Origin: an uncultured Bacteroidota bacterium
Lineage (GTDB): Bacteria; Bacteroidota; Bacteroidia; Bacteroidales; DTGW01
DNA length: 64,000 bases
Assembly: GCA_963851385.1 (NCBI GenBank)
Contig: CAWKPE010000018.1
Span: 183,968-247,967, forward strand
Reading direction: 5' to 3'
Made by a program: the position numbers and the translations under genes. This document shows positions 9,199 to 20,034 of this stretch, piece after piece. Position 1 is the stretch's first letter. Each line of letters opens with the position of its first letter. The notes beneath the pieces are model-generated. The model did not search any database. It was not told the origin of the DNA and saw only the letters and a list, made by a program, of their open reading frames with translations.

Positions 9199-9888
9199 AT
9201 GCCATTAAGCACCTGTAATTGCGAAGGTTGTGAATTAAAGTCTCTTTTTTTCGAGAATGCAAGTACTCTCGAAATAGAAGCGATTTGTACTCAAAAAGTT
9301 GAAAGAAATTACCAAAAAGGAGAATTAATTATTCGTAAAGGTGAAGAAATAAAGGAATTCACCTATTTAAAAGAAGGTCTTGTAAAATTATTCAGGCAAG
9401 AAAACGATGGAAAAGAACAAATTATTTGTTTTGCAGGACCACTTGATTTTGTTAGTCTTTTAAGCATCTTCTCTGAAAAACATTACAATTATTCAGTAGC
9501 AGCTATAGAAGATTCGGTAACATGCAGCCTTTTATTAAATGAGATAAAGCAGATGGCCGAACATAATGGCAAGTTTGCTCTCAGTTTAATCGAAAAGATT
9601 AACAGGGCAACCGACAAAATAATTCTTACGTTCCTGGAAGTCAAACAGCGCAGATTATATGGTCGCATAGCATATATTTTACTTTACTTTTCCGATTCAA
9701 TTTGCAAAAATGATATCTTCGATTTACCAATTTCGCGAAAAGAAATTGCAGAATTTATAGGTATGACAACGGAGAATGTAATTCGCACTATGTCTGAATT
9801 GCGAAAAGATAAAATTATTAAGATTTCAGGAAAAACAATTGAGATAACAGATAAAGAGAAATTGAAAAGGATTAGCGAATTTAGCTAG
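9199..9888 (+). CDS. Crp/Fnr family transcriptional regulator with N-terminal Cys cluster
   Basis: 229 aa. cNMP-binding-like beta-roll region and a C-terminal HTH (SRKEIAEFIGMTTENVIRTMSELRKD). N-terminal CNCEGC plus a further Cys is reminiscent of Fnr Fe-S ligands. Confidence 0.8.
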   Translation: MPLSTCNCEGCELKSLFFENASTLEIEAICTQKVERNYQKGELIIRKGEEIKEFTYLKEGLVKLFRQENDGKEQIICFAGPLDFVSLLSIFSEKHYNYSVAAIEDSVTCSLLLNEIKQMAEHNGKFALSLIEKINRATDKIILTFLEVKQRRLYGRIAYILLYFSDSICKNDIFDLPISRKEIAEFIGMTTENVIRTMSELRKDKIIKISGKTIEITDKEKLKRISEFS

Positions 9889-9906
9889 CAGAATAAATTT
9901 CCAGAC

Positions 9907-9939
9907 AAAAACCCGGTTGCTTTTCGCACCGGGTTTCTT
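9907..9939. terminator. bidirectional rho-independent terminator
   Basis: Stem AAACCCGGT/ACCGGGTTT with a 10-nt loop. U-tracts occur on both strands. Lies between the regulator gene and the convergent tRNA. Confidence 0.6.
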
Positions 9940-9941
9940 AG

Positions 9942-10015
9942 TGGAGAATACGAGAGTCGAACTCGTGACCTATTGCATGCCATGCAATCGCTCTAGCCAA
10001 CTGAGCTAATTCCCC
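9942..10015 (-). tRNA. tRNA-Ala (anticodon GGC)
   Basis: The reverse complement folds as a cloverleaf: GGGGAAT acceptor with G3:U70, anticodon loop AUGGCAU, T-arm ACGAG-TTCGACT-CTCGT. CCA is not encoded. Confidence 0.9.
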
Positions 10016-10110
10016 TGTAATTTCATATAAAAATAAACGCTATGTTTTTTAGCGAATGCAAAAATATAAAAATTATTAGATGATAAACTAAAATATTAAA
10101 ATAGCCGGAT

Positions 10111-11115
10111 TTATTCTACCGGGTAATAAATTTTAGTAAGCCACTTAGTAGAATCTTTTTCAGTTATGGGACCAGTTATATACATTTCAAAAGGCAAACC
10201 CGAAATTTTCTTTTTATTATCAACAATCCACTTTTCAATAACCTCATATTCTTTCCCCAGGCCAGAATATGGCCCATAATAGTCTGTAACTATTGCCTTA
10301 CATGCTTTCATCTGTCCAATTTTAATTTTATTATTGCCGGTTTTGCATTTTTCAACTGGGATGCCTGCTTCATACTCAACTTCATCCTTTGTAAAAGAAT
10401 AATAAATTGAAAAAGCAACATTTGTCATTTTTAGTTTATTCTTTTCGATGAACATCTTAAGCTCTTTAAAATTAATCCCCATTTTCTGACCCAATTCAAC
10501 AGGTTTGATCTTTTCCCTGATACCAATATAGGTAAATGCCAATACCTTAATTTCTTTAGTTATTAATTGATGTCTGGTTGAAATATTTTCAGCAACCTGC
10601 TTAAGACTATCGAGACCATTTTCAAAATTTTTCCCGATTCTTTTATTCATAAACAGTCCAATGTAACGTGTAATTGGATTATAACCCAGATTCAACTCAA
10701 AAATCCATTTTACTTTAGTGCCGGAATCAGATTTTTTAAAAAGATAATACAAATTGCCTTTCCCCTTGCTTAAAAAGTCAATTTCGGCATAAATTGAATC
10801 GTATGGTTTAGAAGCAAATATTGTTACACTTCCGCATCCCACGTTGCTTTGGTCGCTTTTCCACTCGAAACCAGCTCCCTCTCCTTTTTCATTTCCAAAA
10901 TATTTCAAATCCATTGCTGTATCAATATGTTGCCAGGGAGACCATTTTTCCCAATTCTGAAGATTATTAACCTGGTCAAAGACTACTTCTTTTGGTGCTT
11001 TTATATTTATTGACCTTTCAATATGAACTTTTGAAGGCAATATAAAAGCAATCACTCCCAGCGTTATTATAAGTGCCAGAAGTCCGATTACAATGTTTTT
11101 GAACAATTTCATCAT
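10111..11115 (-). CDS. membrane-anchored SRPBCC-domain plus GyrI-like small-molecule-binding domain protein
   Basis: N-terminal TM helix, a polyketide-cyclase/SRPBCC-like half (NWEKWSPW) and a C-terminal GyrI-like half. Assigned from remembered family features only. Confidence 0.5.
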   Translation of the reverse strand: MMKLFKNIVIGLLALIITLGVIAFILPSKVHIERSINIKAPKEVVFDQVNNLQNWEKWSPWQHIDTAMDLKYFGNEKGEGAGFEWKSDQSNVGCGSVTIFASKPYDSIYAEIDFLSKGKGNLYYLFKKSDSGTKVKWIFELNLGYNPITRYIGLFMNKRIGKNFENGLDSLKQVAENISTRHQLITKEIKVLAFTYIGIREKIKPVELGQKMGINFKELKMFIEKNKLKMTNVAFSIYYSFTKDEVEYEAGIPVEKCKTGNNKIKIGQMKACKAIVTDYYGPYSGLGKEYEVIEKWIVDNKKKISGLPFEMYITGPITEKDSTKWLTKIYYPVE

Positions 11116-11280
11116 TTTAGTGCTTAGTTAGTTAATGTTAGTTTTAGTTACTTATGTAGTTACAAAAAGCTATTGAACCATTTAAGAAAAATCAATTTTG
11201 AAGTTTTATTTGATTTAACTTTAGGAGTTTGACGTTAAGGTAAATATAATTATTTTTCTGTAAATATTTATCAATTGCAT

Positions 11281-11751
11281 TTAATTGTCTTTCCAAATTG
11301 AAGTTTTTTCCATTACTACCAATTTTATTCCCATATCAGTATCCATTTCACTAATTATGTTGTATCCTATTTTTTTATATAAATAGATATTCTTTTCGCT
11401 TCTATTTCCTGTAAATAGTTCAAAACGACTAGCAGATGGAAAATATCCCTCTATCTCTTTCATTAGTTGGCTGCCGATTCCCCGATTCTGGAATTGAGGA
11501 TGAACTATTAACCTTCCAGTGTAGCAAACATTAGCATCCGTAATCTTGGCTCTTACACTTCCTATAATTTTATTTTTTTCATAAGCTTTTAAAAACATCT
11601 TCTCTTTAAATTCTTCCTGAATACTTTCAAGGGTTTGTTCAAGTGGTTGAAGATGCTGATTTTTATAAATACGTGCCTCTTCGAGAAAAGCTAATTTTTG
11701 AAGTTCAAGAATCTCTTTAAGATCTGAATATTTAGCTTTTCCGATAATCAT
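11281..11751 (-). CDS. GNAT family N-acetyltransferase
   Basis: 156 aa with acetyl-CoA motif A: RLIVHPQFQNRGIGSQLM. Confidence 0.8.
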   Translation of the reverse strand: MIIGKAKYSDLKEILELQKLAFLEEARIYKNQHLQPLEQTLESIQEEFKEKMFLKAYEKNKIIGSVRAKITDANVCYTGRLIVHPQFQNRGIGSQLMKEIEGYFPSASRFELFTGNRSEKNIYLYKKIGYNIISEMDTDMGIKLVVMEKTSIWKDN

Positions 11752-11796
11752 ATTGGAATTTTTTTGTTGAACACAATTGAAAAATACAAGAAATCA

Positions 11797-12021
11797 TTAT
11801 TTTGGATCTAATTTTTTTCTACGTTTAAAATTATGATAAAACATCATGCCAATTACAGGTAAAAAGGTAAGAATAACTATCCAGAATTGCTTTGCATATT
11901 GATTTTTAAAATTGGTCCTTAATATGTCCAGAAGCATCCAGACAAGGACAACAAAAAACATAAGTATAAAAAGCGATGACAGTATTTCTATTATGAATAA
12001 ATTTATAAGCAAAATATTCAT
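11797..12021 (-). CDS. small membrane protein (PLD-nuclease N-terminal-like domain)
   Basis: 74 aa with two TM helices. The pattern WMLLDILR...KQFWIVILTFLPVIGMMFY resembles the PLDc_N family. Confidence 0.45.
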   Translation of the reverse strand: MNILLINLFIIEILSSLFILMFFVVLVWMLLDILRTNFKNQYAKQFWIVILTFLPVIGMMFYHNFKRRKKLDPK

Positions 12022-12078
12022 AAGTACGGATATTTAATATTTATTCAAACCCTAAAAGTTAATTAGAATGTCCTGAAA

Positions 12079-13845
12079 TTAATAGATTTCAATTTCAAAT
12101 GGTAACCTGGCTTGTATTCCTTCCATACGTTGAACTTTTTTATATAATTGCAAATACTTGATCTCGTCATTCAATTCAGAACTTATAATATTGGATTTAG
12201 CTTCGTCAGTAATACTTTTAATAAACTTTTCAAATGGTTCTTCAATTTCAGGTAAACTGATCAAACTGTAATTTTTTAACCTTGCCATTTTTGCGGCCAC
12301 TTTTATTGCATCATTAATACTACCTAATGTATCAACCAATCCAATATTAATGGCATCACTACCTGACCACACGCGCCCCCCAGCAATTTCATCAATTTTT
12401 GTTTTCCCAATTCCACGTCCTTCGCTCACGCGGGTAATAAAATCATTATAAACTTTATCAACTTCAAATTGTAATAAGGTTTTTTCTTCAGAATTTAAAG
12501 GGCGAAAAACTGTAGGAAAATCAGAGTGTTCATTTGTTTTGGCTACGTCAGTTGTAATTCCAAGTTTATTTTTAAAAAATGGGTTTACGTTGGGAATCAT
12601 GCCATATACTCCTATAGAACCTGTGATTGTATTTGGGCTGGACATAATTTTATTTGCAGCACAAGAAACATAATATCCTCCTGAAGCAGCCAAATCGCCC
12701 ATTGAAGCTATAACAGGTTTTTCTTTGGCAGCAAGGGCTACTTCTCTCCAAATTATTTCGGAAGCCAGACTACTTCCTCCTGGAGAATTAATTCGAAATA
12801 CAATCGCTTTAACTGAGGTATCCATGCGTGCATCTCTTAATGCTTTTGAAATTCTATTGCTGGAAACTTCTCCTTCATCTTCATCTCCCATTACAATTTC
12901 ACCTTGGGCATAAACTACTGCTATCTTAGCTTTAGCATATGCTTTTTCACCGGAAGAAGCCTGTACTTTTTCATATTTCCCCAAACTGATAAAATCAGGT
13001 TCTTTTCCTGATTGTCCTGAAAGTACAAGCAATTGCTTATTTAGCTGATCTTTATAAAATAAACTATCAACAAAATTACTCGCCAGACATGTATCGGCAT
13101 CCAAAAGAACCATTCTGTCAGCCAGTTTATTTAACTTGTCAATACTTATTTTTCTTTGTTCTGAAATGCCCTTAAGTGTGTATGCCCAAACCGATTTAAG
13201 CAAATGGGAAATTTGTGATCTATTTTCATTGCTCATTTTATCGTTAACATAAGGTTCAGGATAGCTTTTATACTTGCCATGTTTAAAAACCTGAACTTCG
13301 ATTCCCAGTTTTTCAAAAGTTCCCTTGTAAAACATAATTTCACTTCGTAAACCTAAAAATTCAATACTTCCTTTAGGGTTTAGATAAATTTTATCTGCTA
13401 CTGAAGATAAATAATAAGACTTTTGAGCATAATAATCGGCATATGCGATAATAAATTTACCTGATTTTTTAAAATCAATCAGTGCTTCCCGAATTTCTTC
13501 AATTGTAGCAATGCCGGCAGAAACATAAGTCAATTCCAAATAAATGCCCTTAATGTTGGCATCGTTTTTTGCTTTTTTAATATTATCTAATATTTCATTA
13601 AGACCATCTACTTTTGGTTTTCCAATGCCATACAAGTTTAATCCTGCAAATGGATTATTCGAAGACCTGTCAACAATTGGCCTGTCAAATGTGAGTTTCA
13701 GAATAGAATTGGATTTGATTACAACAGGGTTATTGCCTGATGAAACAATTACACCTATAATTCCTAAAAGTATAAAAAACATGATTAGGCTTGAAATAAT
13801 TATGCCAACTATAGTAGCCAGCACCATTTTAAAAAAGTTTTTCAT
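12079..13845 (-). CDS. sppA: signal peptide peptidase SppA, 67K type
   Basis: 588 aa. N-terminal TM helix and two ClpP-like halves, with SPGGS and AASGGYY motifs. Confidence 0.85.
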   Translation of the reverse strand: MKNFFKMVLATIVGIIISSLIMFFILLGIIGVIVSSGNNPVVIKSNSILKLTFDRPIVDRSSNNPFAGLNLYGIGKPKVDGLNEILDNIKKAKNDANIKGIYLELTYVSAGIATIEEIREALIDFKKSGKFIIAYADYYAQKSYYLSSVADKIYLNPKGSIEFLGLRSEIMFYKGTFEKLGIEVQVFKHGKYKSYPEPYVNDKMSNENRSQISHLLKSVWAYTLKGISEQRKISIDKLNKLADRMVLLDADTCLASNFVDSLFYKDQLNKQLLVLSGQSGKEPDFISLGKYEKVQASSGEKAYAKAKIAVVYAQGEIVMGDEDEGEVSSNRISKALRDARMDTSVKAIVFRINSPGGSSLASEIIWREVALAAKEKPVIASMGDLAASGGYYVSCAANKIMSSPNTITGSIGVYGMIPNVNPFFKNKLGITTDVAKTNEHSDFPTVFRPLNSEEKTLLQFEVDKVYNDFITRVSEGRGIGKTKIDEIAGGRVWSGSDAINIGLVDTLGSINDAIKVAAKMARLKNYSLISLPEIEEPFEKFIKSITDEAKSNIISSELNDEIKYLQLYKKVQRMEGIQARLPFEIEIY

Positions 13846-13951
13846 ATAAAAAAGATTTAAGAGTTATAGAGTCAAGAACTAAGATTGCATAAAATTAAAA
13901 TAATGGCAATTACTTACAATTTGTTCTTAACAAAATTAATTAATCTTAATT

Positions 13952-14074
13952 CAATGTCGTTTAATTAAGGAATTATATATTATTGGTCATACTTCGACAG
14001 GCTCAGTATGACCTAATTACATGGTCACTCTGAGCTTGTCGAAGGGTGTCTTGATACTTAATTAAGCGACATTG
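13952..14074. repeat. palindromic MITE/REP-like element, copy 1
   Basis: Terminal inverted repeats CAATGTCGTTTAATTAAG / CTTAATTAAGCGACATTG. The core contains CTTCGACAGGCTCAGTATGAC and GTCACTCTGAGCTTGTCGAAGGGTG. Near-identical copy at 14649-14770. Confidence 0.85.
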
Positions 14075-14130
14075 CTTTATAATTATGCATTTTATTTTGG
14101 TTCTTGGTTCTAAATTAAAACTATTTACTT

Positions 14131-14637
14131 TTGATGGCAAATTTAATAAAAATGGTACTAGTACATTTGTCATTAGGAAGTAATCTTTATAATCGCGAAT
14201 ATTTTATCAGAGAAGCTGAAACCCAAATTGAAAAAAGCATTGGTAAAATCATTAAATCATCCCACTTATATGAAACAGAGCCATGGGGTACAAGTCATCC
14301 GGAATTATTTCTGAATAAAGTTATATTAGTAAAAACAAATCTTGAACCTGTACAAATACTTGAACAATCACAAACAATTGAAAAAAATCTTGGAAGAATT
14401 CTTAAAAAAGAAAAATTCTCACCCCGCGCAATTGATATTGATATTCTTTTTATCGAACAATTAATTTTAAATAAAGAAAACCTGGTTGTACCTCATCCTT
14501 ATATAGCTGAACGAAAATTTATACTCGAACCTTTTAATGAAATTGATTGTGAATTTATTCATCCATTATTAAACAAGACAATTCATCAGATTTATAGAGA
14601 CTGCAATGATTCTCATTTCGTTAGGAAATTAATTTAA
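14131..14637 (+). CDS. folK: 2-amino-4-hydroxy-6-hydroxymethyldihydropteridine diphosphokinase
   Basis: Motifs LSLGSNL, LYETEPWG, PRAIDIDIL and VPHP...R.F.LEP. The true start is probably ATG 14134 or 14152 rather than TTG 14131. Confidence 0.85.
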   Translation: MMANLIKMVLVHLSLGSNLYNREYFIREAETQIEKSIGKIIKSSHLYETEPWGTSHPELFLNKVILVKTNLEPVQILEQSQTIEKNLGRILKKEKFSPRAIDIDILFIEQLILNKENLVVPHPYIAERKFILEPFNEIDCEFIHPLLNKTIHQIYRDCNDSHFVRKLI

Positions 14638-14648
14638 ATAATAATATT

Positions 14649-14770
14649 CAATGTCGTTTAATTAAGGAATTATATATTATAAGTCATACTTCGACAGGCT
14701 CAGTATGACCTATTACATAGTCACCCTGAGCCTGTCGAAGGGTGTCTTGATGCTTAATTAAACGACATTG
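14649..14770. repeat. palindromic MITE/REP-like element, copy 2
   Basis: Same orientation and termini as copy 1, with a few substitutions (GTCACCCTGAGCCTGTCGAAGGGTG core). Confidence 0.85.
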
Positions 14771-14873
14771 TAATAACATCTGTTTAAATGTGATCTTTTC
14801 CTGGATTAATTGACTCAATTTTTTCTTTTATCTAATCTGAATCTTAAATTTGTCTTTTTAAATCTTAAAGTCA

Positions 14874-17031
<2,158 letters not shown>

Positions 17032-17059
17032 AGCCAGGTTTGAGGAAATATACAGATAG

Positions 17060-17823
17060 AAATTTGGCATTGTTAATAAAGTATAGCTAAATCATTATTC
17101 CATTTAAACATCAACAATTTTATTGAATAAATCAACATATGTTTTGCTTTTGTATAGCATTTTGTTTTTCTTCTTAATCTGGCCAAAAAATGTCTAAAAA
17201 GACTATTATAGCCTTCTACTGTATATGTTTCTGCCTTTGTCTGAACTAATTGTTCTTCCGGAACAAATTCATTATAAGCTTTCCAATAGTCAGCACAAAC
17301 TATCCCTTTGGAAAATTCTTCAATTTTTTCCCAGAGCCTTTTTCCAGTTTCGGTTCCTCTTGTGCCAATTTCACAATTGACGAACCTATGCCCATTTCTA
17401 TCAACAGCAATCCATATCCAGCAGTAGTTTTTTTTGAACCAATATATGTATGCATCTCATCCAATTCTATTACATCAATATCTCCAGGATTTCTAAATTC
17501 ATCCAACTTTTCTCCAAAGGACTTTATCCAATTAAAAACAGCAACATGGCTCACATTTAAGTATCTTCCTATTGATCTAAAACCTAAGCCTTCTAAATAT
17601 AAAACTAAGGCATTTCTTTTAAGGTCATTCGGCTTTCCTAATTGCCCTACAGTAAATCGATGCTTGCAATCTTTACACAGAAACCTTTGTTTTGATTTAA
17701 CTATACCATCTTTACGAAAATTCTTGCTTTTACATTTTGGGCAGCTATCTATAATCATTTTATATAGTTTTATAACTGCACAAATATAATAAAACTATAC
17801 TAAATTAACAAAGCCAGAAATTT
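17060..17823 (-). mobile_element. IS1-family insertion sequence (about 764 bp)
   Basis: Imperfect terminal inverted repeats: AAATTTGGCATTGTTAATAAAGTATAG (left) versus the reverse complement of the right end, AAATTTCTGGCTTTGTTAATTTAGTATAG. They enclose an IS1-type transposase. I saw no clear target-site duplication. Confidence 0.75.
17073..17758 (-). CDS. IS1-family transposase requiring a -1 shift at an A8 run (17428-17435)
   Basis: Frame 0 gives the Zn-finger/HTH part and ...ELDEMHTYIGSKK. The -1 frame continues NYCWIWIAVDRNGHRFVNCEIGTRGTETGKRLWEKIEEFSKGIVCADYWKAYNEF...TYTVEGYNSLFRHFLARLRRKTKCY...*, the conserved IS1 catalytic region. Confidence 0.8.
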
Positions 17824-17908
17824 AATCAAGTTTCTGTTTTAAAAACTTTGTCATCTTTTCCTAAAAAACTTTTTAGTAATATTAATATTAAGAAAAAAGA
17901 AATTTTTC

Positions 17909-17916
17909 TACTTTTG
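17909..17916 (+). promoter_or_regulatory. candidate Bacteroidota -7 promoter box (TACTTTTG, matches TAnnTTTG)
   Basis: Matches the TAnnTTTG consensus and lies about 5 nt upstream of the first base of the riboswitch aptamer. I found no convincing -33 element. Confidence 0.35.
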
Positions 17917-17920
17917 CGCC

Positions 17921-17990
17921 GGTGATGGAGTTCGCCATAAACCGCAATAATGCTGATGACTCCTACTAATTTAGTTAATAGGAGTTACTT
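17921..17990 (+). promoter_or_regulatory. fluoride riboswitch (crcB motif) with expression-platform hairpin
   Basis: GGUGAUGGAGUUCGCCAUAAACCGCAAUAAUGCUGAUGACUCCUACUAA matches the remembered crcB-motif core: P1 GGUG/CGCC, AUAAAC, a short P3, GCUGAUGA, and pseudoknot GGAGU/ACUCC. The downstream hairpin ACUCCUA...UAGGAGU re-uses the pseudoknot strand and abuts ATG 17993. Confidence 0.85.
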
Positions 17991-17992
17991 TT

Positions 17993-19189
17993 ATGATTAG
18001 TATTTATTTTCTCGCAGCTTTCTGGTTTTTATCTGCAGTCCTTTCAACTGTTATTGCCAATCGTGTAAAAATTTCTATGGCTCTAATAGAAATTATTGTA
18101 GGTGCTGGTATCGGATATGCAGCTTTCAAGCTGAATTATACAGACAAACTTTCACTAAATGCAGACTGGTTAAAATTCTGTACCGGCATAGGAGCAATTA
18201 TGCTTACCTTTCTTGCAGGTGCAGAATTAAGTCCCGACACCATGAAAACCAAACTTAAGGAAGTATCCATTATTGGATTGGTTGGTTTTTTTGCACCCTT
18301 TATCGGTTGTTCACTAATTGCATATTATTTCTTAGGATGGGGATTACAAGCCAGTTTACTTGCAGGTATAGCACTTTCTACAACTTCAATGGCAGTGGTC
18401 TATGCCGTGATGCTTGAGTATGGTTTTAATAAAACAGATTATGGAAAAGGGATTCTGGGTGCATGTTTTATTAATGATTTAGGTACAGTCATTGGCCTGG
18501 GATTGATATTTGCTCCATTCACTTATAGAACATTAATATTTATTGCCGTAATTGTAATTTTAATTTTCATTTTACCTATTGTTACCGAATTCATCATAAA
18601 ACATTTTGCACATAGAACTGCTGCTATTCGCACAAAATGGATACTTTTCGTTCTTTTATCCATGGGAGTATTGGCATTATGGTCCGGCAGCGAACCGGTA
18701 TTGCCGGCCTATATTATTGGAATGTTGCTTGCCAAAACAATTGAAAAAGATGAATTTTTCGTAAGAAGATTACGCACATTAACAATAGGATTTTTTACTT
18801 CTTTATATTTTTTGCGTGCCGGTGCCCTTATGTCTTTACCTGCACTCATCGCTGCACCTCTGATTTTTATTGTATTTTTTGCAGGTAAGGTGGCTTTTAA
18901 AATATTTGGATTGTATCCTGTAATTAATAGTTTCAGGGAAGATAAAAAGGAAAAATGGTATTATACATTGCTCATGTCAACAGGACTGACATTTGGTACT
19001 ATCTCTGCACTTTTTGGCTTAACGCATAATATTATTACACAAGGTCAATATACCTATTTAGTGGGTGCAGTTATTGCCAGTGCAGTAATTCCCACGCTTA
19101 TTGCAAATAAATTCTTCTTGCCAAAACATTTGCTTGAAGTACCGATTCTGGACGATGAAATGTCTGAATTGGATTCAAATGCGAAATAG
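17993..19189 (+). CDS. cation:proton antiporter (Na+/H+ exchanger family)
   Basis: 398 aa, about 11-12 hydrophobic helices, CPA-type composition. Lies immediately downstream of the fluoride riboswitch. Confidence 0.75.
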   Translation: MISIYFLAAFWFLSAVLSTVIANRVKISMALIEIIVGAGIGYAAFKLNYTDKLSLNADWLKFCTGIGAIMLTFLAGAELSPDTMKTKLKEVSIIGLVGFFAPFIGCSLIAYYFLGWGLQASLLAGIALSTTSMAVVYAVMLEYGFNKTDYGKGILGACFINDLGTVIGLGLIFAPFTYRTLIFIAVIVILIFILPIVTEFIIKHFAHRTAAIRTKWILFVLLSMGVLALWSGSEPVLPAYIIGMLLAKTIEKDEFFVRRLRTLTIGFFTSLYFLRAGALMSLPALIAAPLIFIVFFAGKVAFKIFGLYPVINSFREDKKEKWYYTLLMSTGLTFGTISALFGLTHNIITQGQYTYLVGAVIASAVIPTLIANKFFLPKHLLEVPILDDEMSELDSNAK

Positions 19190-19329
19190 AATATTTTTTA
19201 TAACTTAACTTAATTAAAATTGATTTTCCTCCAATAAAGAATATGTACCAGAAATGTTATTTACTATTTTTACAAAATACAATGGAGATTATCGTTCTTA
19301 ATATTTTTCAAATTTAATTAATAAATAAT

Positions 19330-20022
19330 ATGAGTTTTACACATGAAGTTGAAGGTATGATTTGTGTCGCGCAAGGTGCAAATCATGGCCCGGCACCTAT
19401 CCCCGAAGAAGGCAGATGGGTAAAGGCCAAAGAAATAAAAGACATTTCGGGCTTAACCCACGGTGTGGGTTGGTGTGCCCCTCAGCAGGGAGCTTGCAAA
19501 CTGACTCTGAATGTTAAAGACGGTATTATTCAGGAAGCATTGGTGGAAACCATTGGTTGCACAGGCATGACCCATTCGGCAGCAATGGCTGCTGAAATCC
19601 TCTCTGGAAAAACCATTCTTGAAGCACTGAATACCGACCTTGTTTGCGATGCTATTAATACCGCAATGCGTGAATTGTTCCTGCAAATTGTTTACGGACG
19701 TACTCAAACAGCTTTTTCCGAAGGTGGCCTGCCCATTGGTGCCGGTCTCGAAGATTTGGGAAAAGGTTTACGCGGTGTTACCGGAACATTATACGGAACT
19801 GTAGCCAAAGGCCCTCGTTATCTCGAAATGGCCGAAGGTTATATTACTAAAATAGGGCTCGATGCCGGCAATGAAATTATTGGTTACGAATTTGTGAACT
19901 TGGGCCGCATGATGGACATGATTAAAGCCGGAACCGATGCCAACGAAGCACTGAAAAAAGCTTCAGGCAAATACGGACGCATTGATGAAGCAGTTAAAAT
20001 TATTGACCCACGTAAAGAATAG
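19330..20022 (+). CDS. NifU/IscU-like scaffold-domain protein, partner of the GGGtGRT protein
   Basis: 230 aa. Cys residues in IscU-like contexts (GWCAPQQGACKL, GCTGMTHS, LVCDAI). 12-nt gap to the next gene. Confidence 0.55.
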   Translation: MSFTHEVEGMICVAQGANHGPAPIPEEGRWVKAKEIKDISGLTHGVGWCAPQQGACKLTLNVKDGIIQEALVETIGCTGMTHSAAMAAEILSGKTILEALNTDLVCDAINTAMRELFLQIVYGRTQTAFSEGGLPIGAGLEDLGKGLRGVTGTLYGTVAKGPRYLEMAEGYITKIGLDAGNEIIGYEFVNLGRMMDMIKAGTDANEALKKASGKYGRIDEAVKIIDPRKE

Positions 20023-20034
20023 GAGGAACATACA

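Noticed and set aside
17250-17789. 179-aa + strand ORF across the IS1 element
   Set aside because: It is antisense to the IS1 transposase, whose conserved motifs are on the minus strand. It has no motif support.
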